64,000 nt of DNA. It comes from the human T2T-CHM13v2.0 reference genome, Homo sapiens. A program made the position numbers and the translations under genes. Below are positions 62,013-64,000 of the stretch, in pieces. The notes under the pieces were generated by a model. The model worked only from the letters and a program-made list of their open reading frames with translations. It was not told the origin of the DNA and searched no databases. Every line of letters starts with the position of its first letter. Positions within the stretch are counted from its first letter, which is position 1. The stretch lies in assembly GCF_009914755.1 (NCBI RefSeq), contig NC_060935.1; one strand, 5' to 3'.

Positions 62013-62583
62013 CTGTAGATAGAGAAAGGCTTAGTATGTTCTAGAAGCAGAAAGAAAGCTGGGAGGCTGGAGCAGTGTGGGGTGAGGGAAGCAGTTAGAT
62101 ACAGGAGATTAGGTCACAGAGGTGGGCAGAAGCCAGACTGTGGAGTGTTTTGCAAGCCAAGATAAGAAGTTCAGATTCTATTCTAAACATAATGAAGAGT
62201 ACTAAGCAGGAGAGTGAAATTATCTGGTTTTCATTTAAAAATAATGACTCTGGCTGCTAGATGGAGAATAAATAGTAGAGAGCAAAAGTAGAAGCAGAAA
62301 GAGCAGTTAGGAACCAAATGCTGTAGAATGGATGATGGTGCCTGAGAGTACAGTTTAGTGAAAATCAAAATAAATGGACAAACTCAAGATGTAGGCATGG
62401 AAATAAATGAACAGATTCATCCATTGAACTTGGGGATAGAATAGGTATTGGGATGGGGCTAGTGAAGGAAAAAGAAAAGAGGGAAAATTCCCAGCTATTC
62501 AGCTTGAAAAAAAATGGGATGATGATGATGATAACTGGAGTAAGGAGTAAGTTTGGGAAAGGAAAATAAGCACTCTATTTGGT

Positions 62584-62990
62584 CACCTCTGTGACCTAAT
62601 CTCCTAATCTGTATCTAACTGCTTCCCTCACCCCACTCTTCTCCAGCCTCCCAGCTTTCTTTCTGCTTCTAGAACATACTAAGCCTTTCTCTATCTACAG
62701 CAGGGGCATCCAATTTTTTGGCTCCCCTGGGCTGCATTGGAGGAAGAAGAATTGTCTTGAGCCACACATAAAATACACTAACACTAATGATAGCTGATAA
62801 CTGATGAGAAAAAAAACGCAAAAAAATCTTATAATGTTTTAAGAAAGTTTACAAATTTGTGTTGGGTCACATTCAAAGGCATCGTAGGCTACATGTGGCC
62901 CATGGGCCATGGGTTGGACAAGCTTGATCTAGAGCCTTTCCACCAGCTGTTCCTCTGGCCCCAAATACTTCAAATGAGCTTCATATGGCT
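62584..62990 (+). repeat. Inverted copy of 61723-62124, including MER30 at 62701-62926
   Basis: Reverse-complement match along ~400 bp with roughly a dozen differences by eye. Confidence 0.95.
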
Positions 62991-64000
62991 TCATATGATT
63001 AGAAATTCCAGTAACACCTCCAGATGAAAGTGGCTGGCATGAAAATGGATCTATGAATCTGCAGAGGTTGAAACTGGAGCTACAGATTTGGGAATCACTG
63101 ATATTTCTATGGCATTCCAATTCATGGGAGTAGATGAGATCATCCAGGAAGTGGAGAGGTAATATAGAAGTCAGAGAACACAGCCCTGGCATACGTGACA
63201 TTTAGAGTTAGGACAAAATAAGAGGGGGGGCAGTAAAAGAGATTGAAAAGGAGTGTTCAGTGATGGAGAGAAATCAAGAGAAGAAAGTGTTTCACAAGTA
63301 GGAAGTAGTTAAATGAGGGGAATGCTTTGTAAGATCAAATAATATCAGAACAGAGAAACGACTTTTGTAAAGCCTGTTTACATAGTACAGAGGGAGAAGA
63401 TATTTTTCAATATTTCATTTAATGTGAGTGAAACCATGTTCCAAAATCAAGATCATTTATATTCCTGAAGAACAAGACAATCCAAACAAACACAGACTGC
63501 TCTATTGACTCCCAGGTTGAATCTGAGAGCCCTATCATGGTCCTTGGGAATTTGGAAAAATAAAAACAAATCTGAGAATCTGTAGTCCTCTTTATCCTCA
63601 CTCTCTAACACACAGAAATGCAACCATATTGCATCAAAATACAGACATTTAAAGTACATTTAACTAGGCTTTTTCTCTCTTCTGTGCTTTACACATTAGA
63701 AACCAGCATATTTGTGCTTTCTAAGATGGAGCACTACCAGGCAGAGTGAATTATTTCTGCTCAAATCCATTCAATAATGTATTTATAGAGTCGGAGAAAG
63801 CATCCTCTTTAAATAATATATAATATTGTGCATTCAAGATATTTCTCATACCTTTACCTAGGAAGCCATTTTTTAAAAGATGAATGCTGTGGGATGCCAA
63901 AAATAAAACCAATTTGTGGTTGTTCTTGTAAAAAGTTGAACTAGAAACCTCTCAGGCTACCAAAAGTTGCTGTGAATGACAGGAAGAGACGATCCAGGGA

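Larger units (their letters stand above)
61470..63345 (-). mobile_element. L2 element interrupted by MER30 and by an inverted duplication
   Basis: TGCCAGAAACTGTTCTGGGCACTTGGGATACAG...GACTCTGGCTGCT...TGGAGCTACAGATTTGGGAATCA L2 motifs. Confidence 0.8.

Noticed and set aside
61787-62926. Two MER30s as ends of a composite transposon
   Set aside because: Shared flanks and shared private mutations show a local DNA duplication; no outer TSD

Overview
Human (primate) genomic DNA, AT-rich and mostly intronic. It is not microbial: there is no CRISPR array, operon, rRNA or tRNA. Three phase-compatible coding exons lie on the minus strand (26527-26650, 5866-6047, 2535-2627). They encode a doublecortin-domain-like peptide that I recognise, with moderate confidence, as DCDC1 (DCDC5 portion, 11p13). 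Most of the rest is transposable elements: a rearranged, mosaic HERV-I-group provirus (7785-13907, minus), a human-specific pre-Ta L1HS with a 5' inversion and a 3' transduction tag (39617-41611), a near full-length old L1MA, nested L1s, Alus, MaLR/ERVL LTRs, L2s and DNA transposon relics. The most notable unexplained structures are a ~400-bp, ~97% identical inverted templated duplication (61723-62990), foreign LTR-like segments inside the provirus, an unusually long L1 target-site duplication, local ancient duplications around the 93-bp exon, an RFX X-box, and repeat-free motif-dense enhancer-like blocks. I found no convincing new biological system. Subfamily names come from recalled consensus sequences, not from a search.
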